A model generated the notes under the pieces. It saw nothing but the letters and a program-made list of their open reading frames with translations, was not told the origin of the DNA and did not search any database. A stretch of 64,000 nt of DNA from Candidatus Hermodarchaeota archaeon (lineage in GTDB: Archaea; Asgardarchaeota; Lokiarchaeia; Sigyniarchaeales; SOKP01), in contig JBHLLG010000005.1 in the NCBI GenBank assembly GCA_048885925.1, positions 1 through 64,000 on the forward strand, written 5' to 3'. The translations under genes and the position numbers were made by a program. Within the stretch, counting starts at the first letter, position 1, and each line of letters opens with the position of its first letter. Positions 1-11,354 of this stretch are shown in pieces.

Positions 1-1734
<1,734 letters not shown>

Positions 1735-1810
1735 TAATAAAATTATATATTTATTAAAAGTAAATTAAAAAATAATTTATATTATTAAAATTTGAAATTA
1801 AGAATATCAA

Positions 1811-2626
1811 ATGGCTCGTCCGTTATGGTTTGTCAAGTTACTTAAAAAAGCTTTTCCAAATGTTAAAGTAATTGCTAAATTGACAAATCTTCCTATTTTA
1901 GGTACAATATTTGATTATCTACTTTTCAAGGGTGATGATATCATTTATCTCCCGAAAGATAAAGTTGTTGAGATAAATAAACCAGTGGGTGAATATAATG
2001 AATTTATACTTCCATCCCAGGTCTTAGAATACTTCATAAATAAAGCTAACCATCATTGGGTTATGAATTTCTGTATTTGCAGATCAAGTATGGATTGTAA
2101 AGACTATCCTATTGATTTAGGTTGTCTTTTTCTGGGAGATGCTGTATTAGATATCAACCCTCAATTAGGGAGATTAGTTTCTAAAGAAGATGCTCTAGAT
2201 CATCTAAAAAAATGTAGAGAAGCGGGTTTAGTTCAAATGATTGGTAGAAATAAATTAGATGCGCAATGGCTTGGTGTTAAACTGGGAGAAAAACTTTTAA
2301 GTATATGTAATTGCGATCCTTGTTGTTGTTTATGGCGCGTGTCTTCTATTTTAGCCCATAAAATTGGTTCGAAAATAAAGAAAATGCCAGGAGTAAAAAT
2401 TCAAGTTTCTGATAGGTGTATTGGATGTGGGACATGTTCTAAAGGAGTTTGTTTTGCCAATGCTATAAAAATAATAAATAAAAATGCTGTTATTAATAAT
2501 GAATGTAGAGGATGTGGTCGCTGTGTTGAAGTTTGTCCACAAAAAGCAATAGATATAATAATTGAAGATTTCAATTATGTAAAAAGATCAATTGAGGAGA
2601 TAGATAATATTATAGAGGTTAATTAG
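1811..2626 (+). CDS. 4Fe-4S dicluster ferredoxin-domain protein
   Basis: CIGCGTC...C and CRGCGRCVEVCP at the C-terminus; extra Cys clusters CICR and CNCDPCCC. Confidence 0.8.
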   Translation: MARPLWFVKLLKKAFPNVKVIAKLTNLPILGTIFDYLLFKGDDIIYLPKDKVVEINKPVGEYNEFILPSQVLEYFINKANHHWVMNFCICRSSMDCKDYPIDLGCLFLGDAVLDINPQLGRLVSKEDALDHLKKCREAGLVQMIGRNKLDAQWLGVKLGEKLLSICNCDPCCCLWRVSSILAHKIGSKIKKMPGVKIQVSDRCIGCGTCSKGVCFANAIKIINKNAVINNECRGCGRCVEVCPQKAIDIIIEDFNYVKRSIEEIDNIIEVN

Positions 2627-4085
2627 ATTTAGGATTTTTTTCCCAAAATTCAATACCTTGCTTAATATTTCTAATTCTTGTTCTTTCTTTAAGTGCAGAG
2701 ACTGCTTGAACTGCTTCTTTAATGGAATGGAATACCGGAATATTTGCTAGTTCTAATGAATCAATTATTAAAGAATATTTTGGAATATATGGGATAAAAC
2801 AAACAAGCGGTTTTCTTTTTGTTAATACAACATTCGCAATTCTTCTACCAATTTGAAAAGATATATTAGGAGGATATGGAAGTATTAATAAAATAATACA
2901 TTCAATTCTTTCTATATCAGATAAATATCTGACTACATTTTCAATATCAGTATCTAAAACGGAACCTGTTAAATCAATTGGATTATTGAAGGAAGCAATT
3001 TCCCTAGCAACGGGGCTAGTTAATGATCTCAATTCATTTTTCTCTTCTTCCGTTAATTTTACTGCATTCAAACCATATTTTCCTAACATATCACTTGCTA
3101 TAACACCATGACCTCCAGATCCAGAAACGATTACAATATTTCCAAATGTTACTACGTTTTTACCGAATGGATTTCTTCGTTGTGATAATACATCATAAAC
3201 TTTGAGACATGTTAATAACTCCCTCTCAGAATGAGGTTGAATAACATAATTTTGCCTTAGTGCATTATAAATAACATTATAATTACCAGCCAGACTTGCT
3301 GTATGAGACTGTGTGGCCACTTTTCCTTCCTTTGTTTTTCCTCCATAAAATACTATAACAGTATCATCTGATTCCTTGGCTAATTGAGCAAATTTTTTTG
3401 CTTTTCCTTCTTTAAAACCTTCTAAATAAAATGCAATATTTGAAGTTTCTTTATCTACTTTACTAAAATATTCTAATAACATGGATTCGTCTACTACGGC
3501 ACGGTTGCCTATAGAAACCGCAGTAGAGACCCCTATATTTCTTTCCGCAAACTTTACGAAGAACTGATCTACTAAAAACCCTCCACTTTGACTTATTAGT
3601 GCTACAGATCCTTTTGGTGGTCTTGTAATGCGTTCTGTTGGGAGAAAAATAGTATCAACAATAGGAGGTGCATAAACACCAAGACAATTGGGACCTAAAA
3701 CAGCGATATTATTATCAAAAGCGATTTCTTCTAACTTTTTTTGACGTTTTACGCCTTCACCACCTATTTCAGCAAAACCACCTCCAATTATTACACTTGC
3801 TGGTATACCTAAATCAGCACACTCTTGAATGTATCCTAAAGTATCATCTGGACCTACAGCAATGACCAAAAGATCGGGGATTTCAGGAAGCTTGTCTAAG
3901 CGATCATATAGTTGTACTCCCTCAACTTCACCCCCATTAGGGTAAATCCCATAAACCTTAACTTGCATTTCAAATTCATTTTTTAATAAAACAATTCTCC
4001 CCGGGCTAAGAGGGTTTTTTTTTGACACTCCAACTACGGCTATTGATTTTGGTTTAAAAAGTTTCTTTAAATCCATCTTTATCAT
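2619..4085 (-). CDS. ADP-forming acyl-CoA synthetase, alpha subunit (CoA-binding)
   Basis: PKSIAVVGVS, LGPNCLG, ISQSGG, phospho-His motif SHTASLAG, NPIDLTG. No ATP-grasp domain in this ORF. Confidence 0.85.
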   Translation of the reverse strand: MIKMDLKKLFKPKSIAVVGVSKKNPLSPGRIVLLKNEFEMQVKVYGIYPNGGEVEGVQLYDRLDKLPEIPDLLVIAVGPDDTLGYIQECADLGIPASVIIGGGFAEIGGEGVKRQKKLEEIAFDNNIAVLGPNCLGVYAPPIVDTIFLPTERITRPPKGSVALISQSGGFLVDQFFVKFAERNIGVSTAVSIGNRAVVDESMLLEYFSKVDKETSNIAFYLEGFKEGKAKKFAQLAKESDDTVIVFYGGKTKEGKVATQSHTASLAGNYNVIYNALRQNYVIQPHSERELLTCLKVYDVLSQRRNPFGKNVVTFGNIVIVSGSGGHGVIASDMLGKYGLNAVKLTEEEKNELRSLTSPVAREIASFNNPIDLTGSVLDTDIENVVRYLSDIERIECIILLILPYPPNISFQIGRRIANVVLTKRKPLVCFIPYIPKYSLIIDSLELANIPVFHSIKEAVQAVSALKERTRIRNIKQGIEFWEKNPKSN

Positions 4086-4254
4086 TATGAAAGAATTTCT
4101 GTTTTCAAAATATAGAAAAACTTGTTTTTAAATCATTTACTCTATATAAGGCTTTTTCAATATTATGTTTTATTATTAAACAAGTTCTTTGTTAAAGATT
4201 TATTAATAGAAAAAATCAAATACTATTAATTTAAAAAAATTAAAATTGATTTAA

Positions 4255-5655
4255 TTGAATGAAATGGAAATAGAAGTTAGAAGGGAAAAATTTTCTTATA
4301 AAAGGGGTATTTCATATGGTATTGGTCAACTTTCAGATATTACAGCATACCAAACATTCACTTTTTTAGTATTTACCTTTTATTATGCGGTAGTAGGTAT
4401 TGATATTATCTCGATTATGGTAGCTTTCATCTTATGGGCGCTATGGAATAGTTTCAATGATTCTTTAATAGGTTTTTTTTCTGATAGAACCCATACAAGA
4501 TGGGGAAGACGCATACCGTGGATTATGATTTCTTTAGGTCCATTAGCTTTATCTGTATTTCTTTTATTCACACCACCAATTAGCATGGATATAACTAATA
4601 ATATTCCCAATTTTGTTTACTTTATGATTATAATTGTGGTATTTGAGTTATTTTTTACTATGTATGATTTAAACTTTACAGCATTATTCCCTGAACTTTT
4701 TATAACAGTTAAAGAGAGAACAAAAGGTAATAATATTCGACAAATTTTTGCTATACTTGGCTTAATAATGGCTTTTGTTTTACCAGGATTATTTATTTCT
4801 GATTATTCAGATCCTGCCTCATTAGGGCAATATCAACTTTTTGGAATTGTTGTTGCTGTCATTATTTTAATCCCAGCACTTATATTTTTGAAGTTTTCTC
4901 CAAGAGAGAAAGCAGAGTTTAAGGAGGATTACAAAAAAGCGCCAAATTTTATTGACTCTCTTAAAACTTGCATAAAGAGTAAGTCATTTGCTTGGTATAT
5001 CCCTGCAGAGGTTGCTAATTGGTTTGTTTATGGAATGTTGCCTGCAATTGTTCCTTTATATGGCAAATATGTTTTAAATATTACAGATACCTTACTCTTA
5101 TCCTTACTGCTGGGAATTGCATTCATTTCAGCAGCTCTTTTTATGACAATATTATGGAAACCTTTAGTTCAAAGAATTGGTCCAAGAAAATCTTGGTTAA
5201 TATCGATGTCGATCTGGGTGATTATCCTTTCACTTCTCATGATAATCGGTGATCCAATCTCTGGGATGATTGTATTTTTTCTGATGGGTATTGGTCTATC
5301 TGGTTCATTATATATCATTGATATCGTTATTTCTGATATTGTGGATGAAGATGAGGTCAATACAGGCACGCGAAGAGAAGGGGCATACTATGGAGTAAAC
5401 ATGTTTCTTATGCATTTATCTACAGTAGTGGTTTTTTTAGTTATTGGCCCAGTGTTTCTTATTTCTAATTGGTACGAGTTTAATCCCGCTGATGTTCCAA
5501 TTTCAAGTCTTAGGATTTTAATTTCAATATTTCCGATTATTGCTTTACTAATTGGTATTTTTGTAATCTATAAATATCCTTTAGATGGTGAGAGATTAAA
5601 GTTTGTTAAACACCAACGTGAATTATTACACCAGGAAAAGAAATCTAAAATTTAG
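4255..5655 (+). CDS. MFS glycoside-pentoside-hexuronide (MelB-like) transporter
   Basis: About 12 hydrophobic segments; SDRTHTRWGRRIPW and DEDEVNTGTRREGAYYG. Confidence 0.88.
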   Translation: MNEMEIEVRREKFSYKRGISYGIGQLSDITAYQTFTFLVFTFYYAVVGIDIISIMVAFILWALWNSFNDSLIGFFSDRTHTRWGRRIPWIMISLGPLALSVFLLFTPPISMDITNNIPNFVYFMIIIVVFELFFTMYDLNFTALFPELFITVKERTKGNNIRQIFAILGLIMAFVLPGLFISDYSDPASLGQYQLFGIVVAVIILIPALIFLKFSPREKAEFKEDYKKAPNFIDSLKTCIKSKSFAWYIPAEVANWFVYGMLPAIVPLYGKYVLNITDTLLLSLLLGIAFISAALFMTILWKPLVQRIGPRKSWLISMSIWVIILSLLMIIGDPISGMIVFFLMGIGLSGSLYIIDIVISDIVDEDEVNTGTRREGAYYGVNMFLMHLSTVVVFLVIGPVFLISNWYEFNPADVPISSLRILISIFPIIALLIGIFVIYKYPLDGERLKFVKHQRELLHQEKKSKI

Positions 5656-5798
5656 TTCTTTTATTTTTTATTATTCTATTTTTATTTTTGGATTTTTTCT
5701 TAGTTTTAGAATTTTTAAATTAAATATTTATAAATTTAAAAAAGAAATATGATCAATTTTAAAATTTTTTTAAATTACAAATAAAAATTAAATTTGAG

Positions 5799-7220
5799 GT
5801 GTCGTGTATTACTGAACAACGAGTGGAGATAAAAGAACAATTTGAATTAAAAACTGCTGTTAAATTTGGCACAGGTCAATTTGCAGATATTATAACTTAT
5901 CAAACCTTCTTTTTCTGGATATTTACCTTCTACTACACTATTGTAATTAAAAATTCCATTCTTATTGGAATTGCTTTCATAATATGGTCTGTGTGGAATG
6001 CCTTTAATGATCCACTTTTGGGTTATTTGTCAGATCGTACACATACAAGATGGGGACGGAGAATCCCTTGGATGATAACTGCGATTATTCCTTTATCACT
6101 AGTTATGTTCCTTTTATTTACACCCCCTATTACTTTTGGAATAACATCAACTACGATTAATTTTATTTACTTTTTCATAATTATTATCATTTTTGAATTC
6201 TTTTATACAATGTTTTCGTTAAATCAAACAAGCCTTTTCCCAGAGCAGTTTATTGATGGAGTTGTAAGAGGTAAAGTTAATAGTATTAGACAAATGTATA
6301 CTGTGGTGGGATTAGTAGTAGCTTCTATTTTGCCTTCTTTCTTTTTTACAGGTGATCCAATGACAGAAGAATCATTACCTAATTGGTCAATATTCTCAAT
6401 TGTCCTCGCTATGCTTACATTTATTTTTGGATTTTTCTTTATAAAGTGGGCTGCTAGAGAAAAAGTTGAATTTAAGGAAGATTATAAAGAAGCTCCAAGC
6501 TTTTTCAAAGCCATTAAACTTTGTGTTAAAAGTAAAAGTTTTAGATGGTATATACCAGCAGAAATATGTAATTGGTTTGTCTATGGAATTCTCCCCACTG
6601 TAACTCCACTTTACGGTCGATATGTTTTAGGTATCGAAGCTGAATCTTTTGAGTTGTCTATTTTACTTGGAATTATATTCATTTCTGCTGCAATATTTGT
6701 CAATCTATGGAGATGGGTAGCAAAGAAAATAGGTTCAAGAAAAGCTTGGATGTCTTCCTTAGCTGTTTGGATAATAACGCTAATACCATTTTTATTCATA
6801 AGTTCATTTGTAGAAGGATTGTTTGCATTTTTCATTATGGGAATTGGTTTAGCTGGATCTTTCGTTCTTATTGATCTAATCGTTTCTGATATTATTGATG
6901 AAGATGAGGTTAATACAGGAATTAGGAGAGAAGCTGCATATTATGGTGTCAACGCATTATTCATGCGCTTTTCTACTGTATTTGTTTTCTTAGCAGTAGG
7001 TTTTGTCTTTGCTGGTTTTGGATGGGAAGAATATGAACCATTAATTAATGATCCAGCTGCTTTAGCTATGGCTTTAAAGATTCTAATGGCGATTTTACCA
7101 GTAATAGCAATAATAATAGCAATCCTATCCCTATATAAATATCCGTTATATGGTGAAAAACTAAAAAAAGTAAGAGAAAAGTTAAAAGAGATTCATGAAC
7201 AAAAAAAATCTAAAATTTAA
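5799..7220 (+). CDS. MFS GPH-family transporter, tandem paralog of the previous gene
   Basis: Same motifs and the same HxxKKSKI-type C-terminus. The annotated GTG lies within the GAGGTG SD-like site, so the real start may be ATT at 5808. Confidence 0.88.
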   Translation: MSCITEQRVEIKEQFELKTAVKFGTGQFADIITYQTFFFWIFTFYYTIVIKNSILIGIAFIIWSVWNAFNDPLLGYLSDRTHTRWGRRIPWMITAIIPLSLVMFLLFTPPITFGITSTTINFIYFFIIIIIFEFFYTMFSLNQTSLFPEQFIDGVVRGKVNSIRQMYTVVGLVVASILPSFFFTGDPMTEESLPNWSIFSIVLAMLTFIFGFFFIKWAAREKVEFKEDYKEAPSFFKAIKLCVKSKSFRWYIPAEICNWFVYGILPTVTPLYGRYVLGIEAESFELSILLGIIFISAAIFVNLWRWVAKKIGSRKAWMSSLAVWIITLIPFLFISSFVEGLFAFFIMGIGLAGSFVLIDLIVSDIIDEDEVNTGIRREAAYYGVNALFMRFSTVFVFLAVGFVFAGFGWEEYEPLINDPAALAMALKILMAILPVIAIIIAILSLYKYPLYGEKLKKVREKLKEIHEQKKSKI

Positions 7221-7221
7221 A

Positions 7222-8535
7222 TTATTTAATTTTTAATTTTTTTAAATTTATTATTCCCTGACGAATTCTTCTAATAATTTCTTTAATTTCTTCTGTTTTT
7301 ACAATTAGAGGGGGCATAATTATGAGAGTATTTTTTTTATTACCGCAATAATTAAGAAGAACTCCTTCTTTGATTATAGAAAGCATCCCTAATTGACTAT
7401 TCTCTTCATTATGAAATTCAACACCCCACATTAAACCTCTACCTCTTGCTTCTTTGATTAAATCAGAATACTCTTCTGCAATCTCTTTCAATCCTCTACC
7501 AAACAATTTCCCCATTTCTTTTACATGATCCAAAAACTCTGGATCAGATTGTATTTCCAACATTTCAAGTGCAACAGCACAACCAAGATCAGAGCCTCCA
7601 GTTGTAGATATATGAATAAATGGGTCATCTTTAAAGACTGTTTTCTCTATGGAAGGTTTATAACTACATGTTGATAGAGGATATATTCCAGAACTCATCC
7701 CCTTTCCACATACAATAAAATCGGGTATTACTTTCTCGTCAGGATACATTCCACCATAGATTGCCCAAAAATGACCTGTTCGACCTAAACCCGATTGAAC
7801 TTCATCATTTATCATCATAACTCCTTTCTCATCACAGATCTCGCGAACTTCAGGAAAATAACCCTCAGGTGCGATTAAAACGCCCCCTGTAGCAGGAATC
7901 GTCTCTAATATTACACATGCAACCTCTTCTGTAACTGCCCTACGTATGGCATTTACATCACCAAAAGGCACTTGTTTAAATTCTGGAAAATTCCATAAGA
8001 AAGGGTCTTTAAAATCGGGATCTCCTGTGAGAAGAGCAAAACCAGTGTGACCATGATAACCACCAATTGCTGAAATACAACCTCTTCTTTTAGTATACGC
8101 CCTTGAAAATTTAATAGCAGTATCAATTGCTTCACCACCACTAACTCCAAATGTAGTTTTACTAATGTCTCCTGGCATTAATTCTGCTAACTTCTTACCT
8201 AAAAGGGCTCGTTGTTCTGATAAAAGCATATGATCTCCTAAATCTAAACCACCATCTATAGCATCTTTAAGACGTCGAATAATTCTTGGATTTCGATGAC
8301 CTAAATTAAATACACCACCAGAAGAACGACAATTATATAATTCCATAGGAGATTCTCCAGATCTTGATCCTTCTAATGTTTTTAAGTGAATTCCATCTCT
8401 TTCACCAGGAATCACTCCCAATCCAAATCCTTTAAATAGGCGAACTTTAGGACTGTTAACATGTTTTGAATAAAGCTTTAATAATTTCTTTTGAGACAGA
8501 GTACCTATAAATTTCTTTTTGAGATTTTCATTCAT
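7222..8535 (-). CDS. Class III PLP aminotransferase (putrescine/acetylornithine type)
   Basis: SGGEAID, GYHGHT, DEVQSGLGRTG, and PLP lysine in CGKGMSSG. Confidence 0.88.
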   Translation of the reverse strand: MNENLKKKFIGTLSQKKLLKLYSKHVNSPKVRLFKGFGLGVIPGERDGIHLKTLEGSRSGESPMELYNCRSSGGVFNLGHRNPRIIRRLKDAIDGGLDLGDHMLLSEQRALLGKKLAELMPGDISKTTFGVSGGEAIDTAIKFSRAYTKRRGCISAIGGYHGHTGFALLTGDPDFKDPFLWNFPEFKQVPFGDVNAIRRAVTEEVACVILETIPATGGVLIAPEGYFPEVREICDEKGVMMINDEVQSGLGRTGHFWAIYGGMYPDEKVIPDFIVCGKGMSSGIYPLSTCSYKPSIEKTVFKDDPFIHISTTGGSDLGCAVALEMLEIQSDPEFLDHVKEMGKLFGRGLKEIAEEYSDLIKEARGRGLMWGVEFHNEENSQLGMLSIIKEGVLLNYCGNKKNTLIIMPPLIVKTEEIKEIIRRIRQGIINLKKLKIK

Positions 8536-8719
8536 AATTGAGATTTAAAACATTGGATTATTTTAAAATTTTGAACTTAGATACAAAGAAGGACTATAAA
8601 AAAATTTTGAAAAAAATAACAATTAGTATTATAATATTCAATATAATTATAAAAGAAAAAGAAAAATTAAAAAAGCATTAATCAGTTATGCCAGATCTAT
8701 TAATTTGTTAAATAAACCC

Positions 8720-9535
8720 CTAAAATTCATATCCACACTTTTTACAGACATTTTTTTTCGCATACATCGGAATATGACCAACATATGAAAGAACTTTATG
8801 TTTATCTTCAACAACCTTCAAATCTCGACCTGTAGCTCCGCACATGGGGCAAGTAACTCTCTCATCACTAGCGAATCCACCCGTGCCTATATCTGGAGGT
8901 TTTAATTCTTCCAGTTCACTTTCAAGCTCATGAAGATGTGCAGAAGTTGATTCTAAAGTTTGTTCTTTTTCAGAGATTTGTTCTGTCAACTGTTGAACTT
9001 GAGAATCCCTTTGTAAAAGTGCGTTATTCAGTTCGCTTAATTGTGAGTTTAATTGCGCGATTTGTGCCTTAGCTGATTCTAATTCTTCAACTTGAGAAAT
9101 TAAATTTGAGATTTCTTCTTTAACTGTTTTTAATTCAGCCTCATAACCCGCAGCTTTTTCTAATTCTGCCTCTTTAAGGGCTAAATTATTTTCAAGATCA
9201 GTTGTTTTTGTTTTATATTCTGCTAGTTCGGTTTTAAGGCTATTATTTTCAGTATTTAAGTCTCTGATTACATCTTGATCCTCTGTTTTAGTTTTTTGAA
9301 GATCTGAAGTTGTGTTATTTAATTTGTTTTCTATTTGTTCAAGTTTACTTGTAGTTTCATCTAATTCATTTAATGCATCTGCTAGTTTATCTTTTGTTTG
9401 AGAAAGTTCATTTTTAGCATCAGACAATTGTTTTTCTAAATCATTGACTTTAGATCTGAGATCCAATAAGAGCCTTCCTTCAACAGAAACTTTTTTATCA
9501 GGTTTTGCTTCTGCCTTAGCCCAGTCTATTGACAA
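8720..9535 (-). CDS. Long coiled-coil protein with C-terminal Zn ribbon
   Basis: About 190 aa of heptad-like E/K/L/Q-rich sequence; CPMC...CKKC at the C-terminus; GAGGT upstream of the TTG start. Confidence 0.75.
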   Translation of the reverse strand: MSIDWAKAEAKPDKKVSVEGRLLLDLRSKVNDLEKQLSDAKNELSQTKDKLADALNELDETTSKLEQIENKLNNTTSDLQKTKTEDQDVIRDLNTENNSLKTELAEYKTKTTDLENNLALKEAELEKAAGYEAELKTVKEEISNLISQVEELESAKAQIAQLNSQLSELNNALLQRDSQVQQLTEQISEKEQTLESTSAHLHELESELEELKPPDIGTGGFASDERVTCPMCGATGRDLKVVEDKHKVLSYVGHIPMYAKKNVCKKCGYEF

Positions 9536-9740
9536 TTTTTATACCTCGGTATGATTATAATTTTTGAATTGATTTTATAAATTAAATATGTCAATTATAT
9601 ATAAATCATAGTATAATAAGTTTTTAATTATTTTTTCTTTTGGAAATCATTTACTAAAAAAGCGTATTATGATTTAATTTAATTATTTTCAAAATTATAA
9701 TATATTATAAAGAAATCATTATAGAAGTTTGATTAATTGA

Positions 9741-10610
9741 ATGGAAAATACGGATGAATCACAATTTGGAATTGATTATATTTCCACATCAGGAGTATTT
9801 AAAACTCCTTTTACACTAATTACTTTTTTACAATTAGTAATTGGATGCATGGTAGTAATTTCCATTAATTTATGGTTTTATAATGACCTCTATTTCCTCA
9901 TTACTGGAGAGAGATTTTTATCATATATTATGATTGGGCAATGGTGGGAATGGTTATTACTTCCAATGAATATTTATGGAAATCTTTTATTATTTGCGTT
10001 TTCAATTATCTTATTTTCAACAGTAATCTCCAAAATTTTAAACAAATTCCATCCTCCAAAGGAAGGAGTATTTGAAAGTGGAAGCAAAGAATGGAAATAT
10101 ACACATCGTAGATTTTGGATAGCTTATTTTCCAATTTGGTTGGCAAGGGCGTTACCATTACCTTGGTCTGATATTTTTGTCTATAGGTTTCTTGGAGTTC
10201 ATATCGGCAGAAATGTGGTTGCGTATGAAGGATATATTGATCCTGAGTTTGTAGAGATAGGAGATTATACTATGACTTCTCTTAATATATGCATTTTTTC
10301 CCATTTAATTTACCATGATAGAATTATTATTAAAAAGGTCAAAATAGGGAAGACATGTATTATAGGCCCTCAAACAATAATTTCTCCAGGTACAGTACTC
10401 CAAGATGGGGCGATATTAGGAGCAAATAGTTATACTTGGTTTGATCAGGTCTTGGAAAGCGATTTAATTCATGTTGGAACACCTGTTAGTATGACATTTC
10501 CTATACAAACTATTGAGGAATCTCAAATGAAAGCAGAAAAGATTAGAAACGAAATTCATAATAATAATGATTTTAATAAAAATAGTAATAAGGGAGGAGA
10601 TATAAAGTAA
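9741..10610 (+). CDS. Membrane protein with left-handed beta-helix (hexapeptide) acyltransferase-like domain
   Basis: Two N-terminal TM helices; GVHIGRNV and KVKIGKTCIIGPQTIISPG hexapeptide repeats; GTP closing motif. Confidence 0.7.
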   Translation: MENTDESQFGIDYISTSGVFKTPFTLITFLQLVIGCMVVISINLWFYNDLYFLITGERFLSYIMIGQWWEWLLLPMNIYGNLLLFAFSIILFSTVISKILNKFHPPKEGVFESGSKEWKYTHRRFWIAYFPIWLARALPLPWSDIFVYRFLGVHIGRNVVAYEGYIDPEFVEIGDYTMTSLNICIFSHLIYHDRIIIKKVKIGKTCIIGPQTIISPGTVLQDGAILGANSYTWFDQVLESDLIHVGTPVSMTFPIQTIEESQMKAEKIRNEIHNNNDFNKNSNKGGDIK

Positions 10611-11348
10611 ATGTTTCAACCAGCAAGCCTAAAAGGTGATTCTCCAACTCCCATTGATGAGAGATTTCGAAATAAGTTTCTGAGTATTTATTTTATTATT
10701 ATGATTTTAAGCTTTATTCCATGTGTTATATTTGAAATGGTTTATATTGAATTATTTTGGAGAAATGGAATTTATTTATGGTTCTTTATTCTCATGCCTT
10801 TTAATATCGTAATAGTAATTCATTTACTTCAGTTAAGTGCGAATTCAATTTCATTTTTATTTTTAATTGTAGTTAAATTAATTTTTACTCCAAGGGAAGG
10901 AATATTTAGTAGGGATATAAAAGATAAGAATTATCTTTACTGGAATTTAAGAAATGTGATTAAAAAGTGGCCCCTTTTTATCAATGCTTCAAATCCACTT
11001 CCATGGCTTAAGAATCGTTTTACATTACGTTTTTTTGGAGTGAAAATTGGTAAAAATGGAATTCATGATAATAGTTGGATCTCATCTGAATTTGTATCTA
11101 TAGGCAAGAATGTTATTATTGGAATGGGAAGCACCGTTTTAAGTTTTGGAATTGAACAAGAAAAGTTTATTTTAAAAAGGATTGTTATTGAAAATGATGT
11201 GCTAATTGGAGCTAAATGTGTAATTCTTCCTGGAACTCACATTAAATATAATACAAAATTATCAGCTCATTCATATACAAATCCTAATTCTGTGTTAGAG
11301 GAAAATGCAATATATATTGGACATCCTGCAAAATTAAAGAAAAAATAA
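10611..11348 (+). CDS. Second membrane hexapeptide acyltransferase-like protein (paralog)
   Basis: Two TM helices; GVKIGKNG, IVIENDVLIGAKCVILPG, GHPAK; abuts the previous stop codon. Confidence 0.7.
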   Translation: MFQPASLKGDSPTPIDERFRNKFLSIYFIIMILSFIPCVIFEMVYIELFWRNGIYLWFFILMPFNIVIVIHLLQLSANSISFLFLIVVKLIFTPREGIFSRDIKDKNYLYWNLRNVIKKWPLFINASNPLPWLKNRFTLRFFGVKIGKNGIHDNSWISSEFVSIGKNVIIGMGSTVLSFGIEQEKFILKRIVIENDVLIGAKCVILPGTHIKYNTKLSAHSYTNPNSVLEENAIYIGHPAKLKKK

Positions 11349-11354
11349 TAAAAC

